From: Lingula anatina
Lineage: Eukaryota > Animalia > Brachiopoda
Assembly: GCA_051362555.1 (NCBI GenBank)
Contig: JBPQGU010000016.1
Coordinates: 5,766,001-5,830,000, forward strand
Direction: 5' to 3'
Length of the DNA stretch: 64,000 nt
Shown here: piece after piece, positions 1 to 14,500 of the stretch
Layout of the letters: the number at the start of each line of letters is the position of its first letter
How positions within the stretch are numbered: the first letter of the stretch is position 1
Position numbers and translations under genes: made by a program
The notes under the pieces: model-generated
Seen by the model: only the letters and a program-made list of their open reading frames with translations
Database searches by the model: none
What the model was told of the DNA's origin: nothing

Positions 1-1093
1 ACCGTGCATAGGGTCTGGTCTCGGTATAGAAACACTGGATCAAGAGACAAATTGCCTCTGATGGGTCGTCCAAGAAAAACTACTGGCCGTGAAGACCGAC
101 GACTGATTTTGATGTCCAGGTTGTCAAAGTTCGACACTGCTTGTCAGTTGACAACACAGTGGAACAATTTCACACATAAGAATGTGTCCGTGAAAATTGC
201 TAGGCGTCGGTTACATGCTCAGAGAGTGAACAGCAGGGTAGCAAGACTGAAACCTCTTATATCGTTACAAAACAGGCAACGTAGAGTAAACTAGGGTCAA
301 CAGGATCTGGAACTGGACAGTTCATGACAATTGGTCCTATATATTTTTCTGATGAGTGTCGCTTTGGTCTGACCTCTGATGACAGACGGGTACTATGCTG
401 GCAAACTGCTGGTAAAGCATTTGAACCACATGCACTGAATTTTCGAACCCGGAGCAGCATATTCATCATGGTGTGGGGCTGCATCAGCATCCATGGCTTG
501 GGCGAATTGATAGTGGTTAATGGAAACATGAATCACTAGAAATATATCGATGTTTTGGAGTCAGGCTTGCTACCAACTATAACTAACATGTTTGGTGACA
601 GGAATTATCCATTTGTTCACCAGGATGACAATGCTCCATGTCACAGGCCCAGAGCAGTTGATCATTGGTTTGACCAACAGGACATTCGCAGGGTGATGTG
701 GCCTGCCCAGAGTCCGGATGCAAACATAATAGAAAATGTGTGGAATGATATGTCAAAACTTTTTACAAATGCCCGTCTAACCAGCAGAGAAACTCTGTTA
801 TATTCAGTTTTTCATGCTTGGGCCAGCATAAGCCCTGAACGCATCAGACAATTATATGAAACCTTACTTCGTAGACTGGCACCTATTATTAGGTCACGTG
901 GCTATGTCACTAAGTACTAATTTTGGACTTGAAACTGCATATTTTGGTAGAATGTATATTTTGTTCTCATTTTGTGATTTTTTGTGAAATTTGATGTTAA
1001 TGAAATGATACCAGGAGCATATCATTCCACAGTCATTTACCTCCCCCATAGTATTGGCTCAGTAGGGGTGACACTTCTTTTGTCCAGTGTGTG
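1..1093 (+). mobile_element. Tc1/mariner (DD34E-type) DNA transposon, degenerate transposase, left end outside window
   Basis: ORFs 4-294, 324-539 and 555-920 read as one Tc1 transposase: GRPRKTT-x-REDR HTH region, FSDE, MVWGCIS, QDDNAPCH, WPAQSPDANIIENVW, GYVTKY. It is broken by TAG stops at 292 and 537 and a frameshift near 320. A TIR-like end ...CTTTTGTCCAGTGTGTG is followed by TA at 1094-1095. Confidence 0.9.
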
Positions 1094-1096
1094 TAG

Positions 1097-1602
1097 TTAG
1101 ACGTATTTGACGCGTTTCGAACAACCCCAGAACTTACTGAACGTGCTGCTAACGTTGAGCTACCGTATGATGGCGTGTTGGCAGCGTTTAGTGGAATTGG
1201 GGTATAAAATTGGGGTTCGCAGGAGGAACCCGTCAGTACTCCTGAAGAATCCATGGTGAGCAGATGTGCATGTCACCCGAGAGATGGAGAATCCGAGAAG
1301 GCTGAGACAAGAATACGTGGTCGTCGGCCGTACGCTGCGGTGCGGTATGCATAAGTTAGACTGGCGTTGGGCATAAGTTGTGAACGCCGGTAACACGCTA
1401 CGCATTCGTTGGTATAAAGTGTCTATAAGTAATAGAAACGTTCTATATAAGTTACTAATACGTCATGTATACGCTGAACTCGTTATGAATACGGTATGTA
1501 TACGCCAAAAATTGAAAAAAAAACGTCGTCAATTCAACGTATGATATCAAAATGATCACGTCGGGCATACGCTGGCGAAATCGTCAAGGTGTGACAGGGC
1601 CA
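1097..1602. mobile_element. Probable non-autonomous PIF/Harbinger-type element fragment (right end only)
   Basis: CpG-rich island with many short ACG/CGT sub-repeats. It ends AAGGTGTGACAGGGCCA followed by TAA, resembling the Harbinger end at 51600-51618. The left part appears cut off by the Tc1. Confidence 0.4.
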
Positions 1603-3329
1603 TAATCAGTGAATTGCGTTTATATGCCATTGTAGGTGGACAATCAAAATATCGTACCCCTTTCGGACCTCTTCCCCTTGATGGAGGCCTGTGTTATAGC
1701 CTGAAGACTGGTCTAAACTTTAAGACCGATATTTAAGTCAACTCGAAAACAAGATTAAGTAGTAAGTATACCTGGCGCCTGTTTTATAAGTGGATAGAGA
1801 CTGATCTTGAAGTGAAGAGGGTCGTCTTTTTTTGGAGCAAGTTAAGGGCTATCACCGTTTTGTGACAGCAGACCATCTCTCAGTGATTACTTGTGGTTCA
1901 ACAGAATACATCGGTTATATTAGAGACCTAATTATTTTTTCTGATAAGGGTGATGTGAACTCCTTGAATTCACCTAACGAGGACAGCTTAGACGAAAATT
2001 AAAAAGAATGACCAGATTTCTGTCGTTGGAGCGAAGATTATCCGATACGTGTATCTTACAGATCTTTTCAGAGAGTCTTATTGGCAACCTAATTTATCAC
2101 TGCAATCATCTTATCACTTCCTACCGTTTTATAGTGTCAGATAATTGAAGCGGGAATTAAGGCATGGATTTAGTAACTCTATTAATATTTGCGGGAAGTC
2201 GGGCTATCTAACACGAATTTAGACACTTTAACGAAAAAAAAAACACATTTCACCCCAAAATAAAACATTCAGATTATTTATAAATACAATAACCAGGTCA
2301 ATCTCTTCTGAGGACATGTCCCTCTATTGGAAGTTAAAAGATGGGGTATGTTAAAGGTTATTTTAGGTTATAATAGGTGTAAAGTTACTGGAACACAGTT
2401 AAACGTTTCAATCAAGTAAATACGCGTAAAATACAAAATGAATAACAAAAGGAGACATTCCCTGATTTTTGTAATCAGTCATTTCTCGTTCTAGGATTAT
2501 TACCCCAATCTTTAGAGATAACTTTTTTAAATAAAATATCTGGATGAAGGCACCAAGAATGGCTACATAACGTACAGGTACTATATGCATTTTATTTAAT
2601 CAATACAATAAAAACTGATTTAATCACTTTGTTTGGCAAGCGGAGTTGTTTGTCGTATACTTAAGAGATCATATACCGCCGATAATCTCATTCTCAACAA
2701 TTGCTTTGCTCCCCGGGGAATTCATCGTGTCTCCTGTATTTCAGTTGACACTCATCAGTCACTGCATAATTTATCTTGGATTGCGTGCTCGAATCAAATT
2801 AATAAAAACGGTAATGGTAGGTATAAGAAAAGCGATTGACGACAAGCGTATTACTTACCATTGTACATGCATTAGATGAAATACTTTACAACAGAGTCTG
2901 ACTCTTTTGTTATCTTTTTTAATCTGTATTGATGCGTTTCAAATATTTACACACAGCGTTGCCTGGGCCTCTTTGAACTGTATTTTGTTTTCGTTCAGAA
3001 GAACGACTCACGCTATAATCTTCTGTAAAAGAAGTAACCTAGGCTTACCTTATAGCGTGTGCATCATAAATTCCTTTAGAGATCATGTGGCTTTGTGGTT
3101 TTCTTTTCACCTTGTGTCATTGTGCAACAGGGGAAACGTAAGACGCCATTGTGTTATTATCACGTTTTACTTAGCGCCTGGTCCGCAAATGTCAATTTAG
3201 ACTATTCACTGGCATAACTTTTGTGTAAAGTAACACATTTTTAGTTTGAACAAGGAGTTTTTAAGACTCTTTTGATTGTACACCGAGCTTACCACCGTCT
3301 GGAGAACGAACTGGTGGCTTGAAAGCTGA

Positions 3330-3493
3330 ATGTATGTATGTATGTATGTATGTATGTATGTATGAATGACAGTGTGTGTGTGTGTGTGTGTATGTATGTG
3401 TGTGTGACAGTGTGTGTGTGTGTGTGTATGTATGTATGTGTGACAGTGTGTGTGTGTGTGTATGTGTGTGTGTATGTGTGACAGTATGTGTGT

Positions 3494-3541
<48 letters not shown>

Positions 3542-3636
3542 GTGACAGTGTGTGTGTGTGTGTGTATGTGTGACAGTATGTGTGTGTGTGTGTGTGACAG
3601 TATGTGTATGTGTGTATGTGTGTGTGTGTGTGTGTG
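3330..3636. repeat. Compound microsatellite (GTAT)n/(GT)n with recurring GTGACAGT interruptions
   Basis: Seen directly; it explains the His/Thr and Cys/Val ORFs at 3261-3647. Confidence 0.95.
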
Positions 3637-6499
3637 CAATTAGCCATTACGACCTGCCATCACTTCCGGCTCCCAGCTCCCTCAAAACTTCTTAAGGTAC
3701 AATTATGCAACTCCAGGGTAATGCTGTCAGCAATAACTATGATTGATTAATGTTTATGCCCCTCGTGTATCAGTGAAAACACAATTTCTTGTGGTCTGGT
3801 ATCTTTTGGAAAATTTGATTTTCGTGTCGTTTTTTGTAGATCACATATTTAACTGGTGATTGTTATCGTTCTCGACAAGGATGCTGTTGAGACCTAAATG
3901 GATATGTTGTTTTGATAACATTTCTTTGTATTATTTTGCATCAATTACAAAGCAAAAAGATACATGTAGTAAGCTTTTAAAACCAGAAATCATCAATATC
4001 GGGGGTTTTTTTTGGCATCCAGTGTGCGTTGGATCCTCATCTAGAAAACAATCCACAGTATTTACTTTCTGCCATTATCACCAAGGAACAGTATAACCTC
4101 TCCAACATTGTTGAAATAATTACGATCGACGATTTCGTTTCCTAGTCTTAGGCCTAAATGTTTCGACTCGTGCCTCAATCCCCATTACACGAGTAAATAA
4201 TAGGTTTAATAGGTTAATAGGTTTCCTTAGCCTGATCTCTATAGCCTAAAAAATAATACTCCACTATAAATGCACATGTGCACACAATAATATCCTATAA
4301 CCCCCTTAAGCATCAACAGAAATGTGTCTCAAATTCTTGCTATGAGTTTAATTACCAAAGATACCCCAATTTATATAATTATCACTTCAGAGGTACCCTT
4401 AACAGGACTGAAACACTCGTGAACGGAGCTGGTATTAAGAAATAACAGACACATGCCTTCCGACAAATCTTAGGTCTAACGAATATATGCAATCTTTCAT
4501 GGGGTGGAGGTTGTAATTAGTTTTGACACTGGTCCAAATCTTTCTCCGAGAAAACCTATCAAGTGTTATATCTCCTCATAAACCATTACATAATAAAATA
4601 AGGATGTGAAATGAAAAGCTGTTGAAATAAGCTTTTTATTGATATGCAACATATTGCTGTCTCTTGGTCGATCAAGAATGGCCACGTTCTAGGCAACCCC
4701 TGTCCTTGTCTGTATATAGTTAAGGGAACCAACCACCTCACCAATAAATAAATGAATAAATAAATGAATTGAATCAGCAAAAAAATTAAAGACGTTTTCA
4801 TATACTTCGAAATGCCCCATATTTCACGTCTCCAAGATGATCGATTTAATGCCCTATATCCCCCACCGTTCTCCTGGACTACCAACAATAAGAAACGTTA
4901 CTATATAAACAGGGGAATTAAGGTTCATTTTGCAGAATTGACTTGAAATTGGATTCTAAGCGTGGGTGATCCATTCCGTAGATAGACATTTGGTTTGAGG
5001 ATATCGCGAGGTATACTTGCTCGTGTTAGGTGGTGGTGTGGGGGGGGGGGGGGGGGGGAGAGTCGTGGTCAGGAGTGTGAATGAATCAGAATGTATCAAG
5101 ATTCATGCCTTCACTTAGAGAGCACCTTTTTTGTCAGAAAAAGACCCCCCTCCCATTCTACTGGCTACAGATCTGGCATTATTTCCAATATCTGCCACGC
5201 TCTTGTTTTCAAGTTTTAACACATGAAGCAAGCCATTACTTAAATTATAATGATTCTTCTCTGAAAAGCAGCAGAGCAAAAGTGATAGGCCTATCGTGCA
5301 GACTTCAGTGAATCTTTATAGAACGTATTTGATATCCCTGTCATCCCGGGCTTCATGGTAAGGTACCAACAGGCGCGGGGTGAACGGTTAGGTACCAACA
5401 TCTAACCCAGAACTTCCTAGGAACTCTTTCCGCGTTTTTCATTTATCCTCGTAGACTTACGACCGCGACACATACCAATACTTACTCAGTCCCAATGTTC
5501 AGGCTCAAAGTAGATTACAATAAAACCTTTCTCAATGCTGCAATTTATTTGGGATTGAAGGTGAAAATAATTTCCCCTTATATCCCAAAGCAGGAGAAGC
5601 TGACTCACCGAATATTGATACTAATATTACTCTTACTGGTTTAATACGCATTTATTATAGATTGTTGATATCAATATACGGCCTTCTGAAAAATAATCAT
5701 ATTTGGTTCTGATTTATACACTATACTTTTTTCAGTTCCCCGACGAGATTTACAAAGTGTATGTTTTTGTATATTTGTGTGATTTGCCAAAGATACAAGA
5801 TACCCATGAGTAATGTACAGGTGAGGACCATTGTGAAAGGAACTAATGCAATTGGGTTTTTTAAATCTAAAATCTGAGACGTGTATTTCGTCGTGTATCT
5901 AACATAAATACTGAATTTCTATTGGATTTAGTATCATTTCACAGAGTAATCCATCAAATAGATACCACACAGCGAAATGTGATAAGTATTGGCAGTAAAT
6001 TAGCATTCACTACCAGATTCAGTGCTAAAATTCATTTTCGATTTGTTGGTAAATTAAACATGATCGGATATCGTTAAGAGCTTTCCGTTAAGTCAGTTAG
6101 TGATAGCCTACTGCGAAGAGCGTCAAATATAAGATGGTGGCACAATATGCCAAAATGTTGCGAATTCTGTGCAGGTCAGATTTTGCGGTAATTAACGCTG
6201 AAGTTGTGTTTTTCCAACTTGTACAGACGCTTCACAAAAAATCTATAGTTTTTATGGGTGGACGATACTAAGTTTTTTGTTTGATTGGCGGGAAAATGAC
6301 AACATATTTCTCTAGGGTCCCTCATTACTATCAATCAATAGTTATAATTTGGTCAAAGCGGTCAACTAAATGAAAGCCGGTCAAAGTAACTTATTTTCTG
6401 TACAAATATCCGTCAGTTTGGACGGCATACTACGAAGGGCGCATTTATGTCTCAGCCAACAGCAAATTCCGTTCCTGAAAATTATTACACAAAATAAAA

Positions 6500-6830
6500 T
6501 AAGGAAGAAATTATATTGGAACTCTTTAGAATTCCATCGACCTGCCATAAAAGGCACAAGGTCCCGCTGGATGTCTTCAGATCTTTAACAATGTGACAAA
6601 TTCTGTTGGCGTCTCATAAATATTCCACTTGTCTGATCTCGGCCTCTTTCCAGATTGCTCGTGTGATTAGAACGCTTTTCATCGCTGACTCGGCGATGAT
6701 TTGAACGCTAATTGATCTGATGTCGACAACAGTTAAGGATATGTAAAGCGATGTGCCTGAGCAGATGATGACGGATGAGTTGAAGTTAATTGGGTTTGAA
6801 GCCCCGCACTGAGGAGAGAGGTCCTTCTTC
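6500..6830 (-). mobile_element. Possible decayed Harbinger (HARBI1-like) transposase C-terminal fragment
   Basis: Minus-strand translation DEKRSNHTSNLERGRDQTSGIFMRR resembles the Harbinger E..FN...S..R..IEQTFGILKRRF motif; heavily degraded. Confidence 0.3.
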
Positions 6831-6914
6831 GACGAGAAAAAAGTGGAGGTGTAAAATGTGAAAAATACTACAGTAAATGTTAGTAAGCGTTTTGTAACTT
6901 TATTAAAATATGCA

Positions 6915-8443
6915 AATATGTAAGGCAAATTCGTAAATGAGGTTGAATACTAAGTTTGCAATTACGCAGATATTTCTCTGATACTTCGCGATGAGGAAGT
7001 GTCACTAAATGAACAATTCGACAAACTTTTTGCCGAATGCTCGTGCCTGAGGGTCAGTTTTGAGAAGACCGAAGCAATTTGGATTGGATCTAAGAGGGGT
7101 AGTAATGAAAAATTAAAAGCAAACATAAAAATTTCATAGGAATAATAGAGGTCAACTTAAACTTTTGGGAATCAAGTATGATTTATCTAAAATCGATTTC
7201 TAAGAAGAAAATTTCAAAGAAAAACTTGAAAAGTTAAATATTGAACTTTCTTTAATGGGCAAGATGACAGTCATCACATCCCTGGCGCCCCCATCCTTGT
7301 CCGGGTATTTACAGAGTTACCCAAACCAGGAAAATGTTTTTTAAAGAAATCGATAACATTACGTTCTTGATGTTATGGGAAGCCCAGTTGACAGATTAAA
7401 AGAGGCAGAATGAGGAAAGACTCTTTACATGATGGACTACGAGTACCTGACTTTAAATTCTTTTCAAGAGCACTGAAACATGCTTAGGTACAAAAAATAA
7501 TTGACGAAAAAAAAAACAGCGAAAGTGGAAAATATTATTTATGGAAAAATTTTGAAAACATTGGGTGGCAATGAATTTTGATTTCTCACAAGAAATTGTT
7601 TATATGTGAAAAAGAATATATTAAATTCGTTTTGACAAGGTGTTATAAATGCGAGGGCGAGTTCACATGTCAATCCTAATGTCCGCCTGAAATGTTATCA
7701 AAAAAGGTTTACTTTATCTCTAATACTGTGAATGCTAGAGGGGAATTTTACACATAAGAAGAATTGAAGTTAAAACGGCGGTAACTTTAGTTTTCTCTAA
7801 CGTTTGGTTCTAAAGAATCGTTTCAAGGAAACTTGCGCTCTGTTACAGGAGATTATGGAGAAAATATTGATAAAAGTTTGAATGATAACATCAGCAATCA
7901 ATTCAATAGATAAGGTTACAAATTTTTCTTATATCATGCATTTAAAAAGCAGTCTGGGAGACAAGGAAACTCAGGATGCGAGCATAAACCATGATGTTTA
8001 CTTAACTGATTAACGGTTAGAGAAAATCATGGAAACATAACAGTAATACTTCCATGAGTGAATGAAGCTTAGTGAGTCACGAATACGTTCATTTTGCCAC
8101 ATTGAGACACAAACTTTAGTACAATCATTTTTGGGATGTGCGTTCATGTCCAGAACATATGTGCATGTCCTCTACAGTGTGTACATAAAATTATGAATTC
8201 GAGCTTGAGAGAAAAATAGAATTGTTGTGTAAGGTGCCATTGATTACGGTTCCCAGCGGACTACCATTTTTCAGACCGGGCCTTCATATTCCTATATTGC
8301 TTATTTTAAAAGAAATATCTATATGCAGAGCTAGGGCCGAAATACCTAATTGGACTAATGTCTGTTCATATATTAAGATTTATCGCAAAATAGACTTGTA
8401 CTCTGTCTTCTTGCAGGTGGATATTGATACAATAAGCTTAAGT

Positions 8444-8450
<7 letters not shown>
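6915..8450 (+). mobile_element. Decayed L1/Tx1-clade non-LTR retrotransposon ORF2 remnant
   Basis: Plus-strand pieces NYADISLILR (RT YADD region), SCLRVSFEKTEAIWIGSK and LSLMGKMTVITSLAP, plus a C-terminal ET...HFwxC-like segment near 8100-8150. Many stops and frameshifts; followed by (GTAT)n at about 8447-8485. Confidence 0.75.
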
Positions 8451-8475
<25 letters not shown>

Positions 8476-9874
8476 TGTATGTATGCACATGTGTATGTGT
8501 GTGTTTGTGGGTTTATGTGATAATACATATCTAAAAGAACATGTAAAAGTCGGGTGAAATTGCTGAACTTAGATCAGGATTAAACATTAAATACTGAACC
8601 TCCGTGGCGTTATAAATCTCGCTATCTTTTCATGTATTTCAGTAATTGTAAATAAATATCTTCCATCTTAAACAGGACAAAAGTCTGTCATCTCGCTTGG
8701 CAGTGACATACAAAAACATTTTGTGAAATATCTACGTTTTAATTCCAAGCATATAAGAACAAGCATTTGAACGTTTAAAGAATTGTTGGTTTCCATCAAG
8801 AGACTGTCCAGCAGTTGCCGTCCTTAAACAATTCAAATTACTTTAAATTAAGACATGATATTACGCTCTTCAAAACAACAACAACAACAACAACAAAATA
8901 ATAATAATAATAATAATAATAAAAATAATAATAAATAAACGGCGTTCATACAAGTTCTTATATCGTCCAGAATTATGCAGTAGTTACCTGCCAAATTCTC
9001 TTCTTACCACAGTGCCAAAATGCGTTTGTTAATTTCAGACCATGATTACTATTATGATTGATGACTGCCAGTACACATTGTCCAATCAGTTATTTCGACG
9101 AAAGATTGGTTATTTTATTGTAACATTTTTCATGATTATCAATTAAATACATATGATACAGATAATAACTTTGGTTTTGCTTGCCAGAAGCTCCAGTGTT
9201 CCACGAGGCTGCGTCGTCACGCTTTCTTAGCATTCATGGTGCCTCATACTCTCTGACCACATGGGTCGTCGGAAAAAGAATTCTTCTTCAATATTGTAAT
9301 AGGCTATACTACAAACACAAGTAAATATCAGAGGGCAAGTGTCTCACTTGTCACCAGACACAGAACGAACTTTGTGGCTCTGTCGTCTCGTTTGAAGCAA
9401 ATCGCAAACAGTTACCAATATGCATCACAAAAACATATTGTCGCCTCTTCCTTTTAAAGTTAGTTCGGACCTCTTCCCTACATCAAAATATGAAAGGAAA
9501 AATGGCACAAGAGTCTGTAGAAGCACATTTGGTTTGCTCCGTCTGTACATCAGTTGTTCAGATATTTCTTTCTCAGCGAGTGGAAAGGTCCCTCATTGAC
9601 ACCGGGTATCTACTACCCTCTACAAGGGCGACAGATTGATTTTCCACAGATATTCACAGATATGTCTAAAGATAAATAGACAGTTATTTTGGCTCTCGCC
9701 TCAGCAAAAATGTCAACAATAATAACTGCGGCCCTGGTAGAGGGTAGAGGGTAAATATGTAACACTGATTGCGTTTATGTACATGTAGAAGCACAGGATC
9801 CGCACTGGGGGGTTTACATGACATTTCAGAAATAAGATCTTTTTGTTCTCAATTAATATCAAAAACTAGGTTCT

Positions 9875-10966
9875 TTAGGTGTCTTTTAAAAGAATGGACT
9901 CCGTATAACGATCAGAAGAACGATGAAAGCTGCTTCTTCCCTTTCTCCTGGAATGGCGGCCACAAAACGTCTCTCTGAGTAACTCTCGGAAACGCTTCCC
10001 GAACGCACAATAGATCAGAAAATTAACTGCCGAGTTGCATGTCACCATAAGATTACTTAACTCTCCCAAATATTTGTATCCAGTCTGTTCTGGATCCACA
10101 GCATACCATATCTGAGTTACAAGTGCCGGCAGCTGGCAAACAATGAACACGCACACCACTAAAATTAACATGAAGGTAATATTGGTTTCCGATGATGCCT
10201 GGTTTCTACTAGCAGCTCTTAGGGACTGTACGCTCATGATCCGTCGATCGGTGTTTGCCCTGTGAACAACCAGTATTAAGTTGATGTTAAGAAAAATTAA
10301 AGTGGCTAGGGGGATCACAAAATTCACCAGGCAGTATAGGGCGAAGGTATAGACGTAATGGTAGTCCTGGTCTTCCTGCAGAGCAGTTGGAACTGATACC
10401 GGTTTCAGGGTAGTGGTAGTGGTATTGTCAACACACGTCAAGTCATACGATATATAAAATTCGAAAAATCGTGGCAAGTTGAAGAGAACGGAGATCAAAG
10501 AGACGGTCGCCGTGGCTATTTTGGCCTTGGAAATTGTTGACAAACTTCGGACGCGGTGAGGCATCTTAACAGCAATGTATCGATCAACAGTTACAACAAC
10601 TACCAGCCAAACGGCCGCTGTCTGGAAGGTCATTCCAAGCGGCCATATCCACGTGTCCATGATATAGCCTATCTCGCTGAAACATTTCAAAAGCCCAGTA
10701 TTAGGATGAACAGTTGGTAACACCAACAGCAGGGCAATAATAAGAACAAGGTTGTCCATCACCGCCATGGCACGAAGCAGAAAAAATGTCACCGATCTTT
10801 TGGTATCCCGCATTAGAGTAAAAAAGGCTAACGTATTTCCAAGTAACCCCAGCAGACATAGGGGGGCCGTGATGTAGGCGTTCACCACGAACTGATAGAG
10901 GAGAAAATCTGGGTCTTCTCCAGCGATCTGGCTTAAGTTAGAACCCGTGCAATTAAGGGCGTCCAT
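9875..10966 (-). CDS. Rhodopsin-family (class A) neuropeptide GPCR, FMRFamide receptor/sex peptide receptor-like, 363 aa, single coding exon
   Basis: Seven hydrophobic segments with class A motifs: GLLGN (TM1), MAVMD (TM2), DRYIAV (TM3), FNLPRFFE (TM4/ECL2), FIVCQLP (TM6), NSAVNFLIYCAFGKRFR (TM7/H8). N-glycosylation sequons NCT and NLS at the N-terminus. Splice acceptor TTTTTATTTCAG on the minus strand puts the exon start at 11038, so 5' UTR exons lie upstream. Confidence 0.93.
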   Translation of the reverse strand: MDALNCTGSNLSQIAGEDPDFLLYQFVVNAYITAPLCLLGLLGNTLAFFTLMRDTKRSVTFFLLRAMAVMDNLVLIIALLLVLPTVHPNTGLLKCFSEIGYIMDTWIWPLGMTFQTAAVWLVVVVTVDRYIAVKMPHRVRSLSTISKAKIATATVSLISVLFNLPRFFEFYISYDLTCVDNTTTTTLKPVSVPTALQEDQDYHYVYTFALYCLVNFVIPLATLIFLNINLILVVHRANTDRRIMSVQSLRAASRNQASSETNITFMLILVVCVFIVCQLPALVTQIWYAVDPEQTGYKYLGELSNLMVTCNSAVNFLIYCAFGKRFRELLRETFCGRHSRRKGRSSFHRSSDRYTESILLKDT

Positions 10967-11561
10967 TCTCTCGTGCGTCTTTAGTAAAACTTGTTCGGCA
11001 GGTGGTTAACGAGATGAGGATCCATACATTGATAGACTCTGAAATAAAAAGACATTTAATGATTTGTACATTTGTAACTATCAAATTGCATGTGAACTCG
11101 TTACGAGCATGAATGATTCAACGCTTGGGTTATGAGTTATGCATGGAAAGATGATTATGAAACGGCGTAACAATAGGATTGATTACCAAGCATATAATAC
11201 TATAGTAATCAGGTAAATTATGCATACTAATGACTTGCATTCGACTTTGTTGTACGACTCCAACTTGTTTGTTTTCTAGATGCATTTCAAGTGAACTCAT
11301 GTACCTTAACACATTTACATAACATAATACAAAAAAACAAAAACACACACGGCAAGCCACGCATAAACTCCATAAAGTTATTAAGTTACTCTTTATGTTT
11401 GTCACAGAAAAAAACGACGAAAGTGATCGCATTTTAACATGAGGAATGGTGTGGATTTGTATAACAACCGGCGCAGCATTCACTGAAAGGTGCATGTCCA
11501 CCAATAAGTAAATATTTTACCCTTCAATAAAACAAAGACTGGCCTACCATGAGAATGGCAT

Positions 11562-11597
<36 letters not shown>

Positions 11598-14500
11598 GTG
11601 GGGGAAGCACAATTGAGTGTTCGTTGGTAAAATAAGACATTTGTTTTCTAGAAATAGTACTTTTAAGCTTAAAAGCAACACCTCAAAGAGCTCCTCAGCC
11701 ACGCTAGAATTCCACAGTGTCCGCTCATTCATTACATAGTAACTGACAAGTGTATGGGAAAGACAACGGTAATGATGCTTCCACTGTCAATAGGCAACAA
11801 GCACATCTTGAAAAAAAGAACGCTGGTTTGGGCGGTGTGGGAAAATGATTTATCACTTGGAAAAAAAACGAAAAGAAATCTCTTTTGAGTCCTGTCGCCC
11901 CATATTTGATTCTTACGGACGTCTGCACTTTTAGAGCCTAAAGGAATACGAAACGTCGCCTTTTATGGTTTACTTGTCTAAAAAATAACAATCACATAAA
12001 TATAGTTCTTGCCAAGCGTTGAACCTCGAGGAAAGCGCTTTTGTCAGCTTCATATGAAGTGTCATCCATGGCGAGTCGACCGACTTTTTTTCAAGAACTT
12101 TCATTTTAAAATTGAGTATACGGTTGTACGCGACTACAAGTGTACCGTTAGTATTTAAATATTTTTTTAAAAATTCAAAGTGTGGCATTAAAATATCGCT
12201 CGAACCACCTTGACTAGGTCTTGCATGCATAATTTGATCCGTTCTTTTACTTAAAGAATGTATTATGATGATGGCAACCGATGGACTAAACAAGGAAGGT
12301 TAAGAGTTGACATTGTCACTATAATGACAATTATAGTAAAAACGTAACCTGTAATCAAGAAAAAAATAAAATGTACCTAAAAAATAAACAAACCTGGTAA
12401 TATAGTCAATACATTACATTTCCAAATATCAAACGCCATGGTTTTTCTACATTACAGGTATAACCCCCTCGAAGTCAAATGGCGGCCTTCTTTATCTCTC
12501 TCTGCCACCCCTAGAACCCTCCGATACTGGAAGGATGCTTCTCGGATGCCATCTGGCCCCTTTGTAATGGCACACTTTGGTTACCCCCCTCTCCATCCCC
12601 CTCTCCCCCCCCCCCCACCCCAGGCCTCAAAACGTGTCACCCGGAACAAGATCATGAGGAGAAGAATGTCGTCACACTTCAGCAACCACCTGGCTGTTAC
12701 CTTGCAGACACACCTCGTGGTCTAGAGACAGTGTAACTTCTTGGGCGTTATAGTATTTATTTCGGTATCTTTTAACGTTACCAACAGCACGTAAAGTACA
12801 TATAGAAACGTGCTGCATGTTTTACTAATAAACGTGTGGTTTACACGTATAGTTATTCTGTCAGCCCTCACGTTCTGTGGCAATAAAAACGATTTACTCT
12901 CGCCCACAAAGATGCATTTTCTTGTGTAGGATATCAATGTTTTAGCCTATTTGAACCTTCGATAATTAAGAAAATCTTATATATAAACGCTTACCTGTAC
13001 GTTGATACATATATGAAGAATAGATCCCAGTCACAATCTCTCCTATTGAATATCTTTATTTACGGATACATTAAACATTAGGTTTCCTGTGCTTTGTGAT
13101 CTCTAAGGACACTTTTGAGCTACGCTTACCTTTGCTTTATTTTGTTTCCAACGCGTTTTTAGGCACTTCAACGGTTTCAGCGGTGGCGAAAGTTGTGACG
13201 TGAATGCATTTCTAGGAAGGCAAACACCATGCTCCAAAACTTCACACAGTTAGTCAGACCATGCGTATGGGAATGTTTGAAAAATTAGAACATACCTTGC
13301 GATATCCGCAGTTACCTGAAAGGCACGTCCCGAGACAAAAAGCACCCCATTTTTTACGTGACATAGATTCTTTCATTCCATGCTCTCATCTCACCTTTTT
13401 CATCTGTGTACTCTGCTGTTTGTTCGGAACGATCAACGAAAATATATACTGCAGCTGAATGGGAATGTCGATATGGTGATGCATGATTATCTTTTCTTCC
13501 TGTATCCAATTGTTACCAAAAACTCAGAACGCAGTCTATCCCACTACTCATCTATCATCTGTCAACTTTCACCTGCCCTCATCAATTTTCCAGTTGTGTT
13601 AAAAATTGCTCTTTTTGGATTTAGAAAATGTCAATGTCCTCGAAGTACCGTCCGATATACTGACACAAAACGATCTTCCTGGTTTGACTGAAGTTGCATG
13701 TACATCCCCATTAGAAGCCAGTCGTGTAACTTGTGTAACCAGAAACGAATGTCATTAATTTCCCTGCAACTCCCTCTATCGGAAGATTCTCATGTTATAG
13801 TACAGGGAATCGAGGCAGCTCGAAACGCAAACATTGTTACGTTTTGTTTAATGCTACACTGAAAAAATAGTGACAAAAAGTAATGAGGGGTGTATCTGTT
13901 TTGCGGTCTTTCTGGGGATATTGAGAACTGTAATAGCAACAGTTACAAAGATGGATATCGTTACGTTATAGCCAAGGCCGGTAGGAGATTTCCATTTAGA
14001 TGCCGCTCATGAAGTAATAGTGCATGGCACTAATGTGATCAATTCTGGGAAACAGAAGCACGAAATCGAATATGTAGCCAATGTTTTGGCAGGCTAGACG
14101 CACAGAAGTGTTCAAATAAAAATGTTTAACCGATTTTGCCCTATCTGCCATGCCATTTGTGCACATACATGTAATGGGTTTATTATGGGCCGAGAGCGGC
14201 GCTTTGACCAGTGATCTAAATACTCGGTTGATAACCCCAGCGTCTCTCGTTAACCCTTGAAGTGATCAAAATGCAAAGAAAATGGCTTGAGATGTCTGGG
14301 AATGATCATTGTCTTCACTTTCGGCCCATAGAAAGTGACCGTCTTCTTTATATTTTTAAAAGTCATTCAGCCATTGGAACCGCTCCAGCGGAACCACATG
14401 CTACAGCTGAGAGAAGAGGTGATTCTCTAATAGATTCCGACACCAAGTGTGGATAAAACAGCAACTGCTACTTTTTTCAGGTTCCAGGGGTTTTAGTGAA

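Noticed and set aside
3261-3647. His/Thr-rich and Cys/Val-rich ORFs
   Set aside because: These are translations of a (CA/GT)n-(GTAT)n microsatellite.
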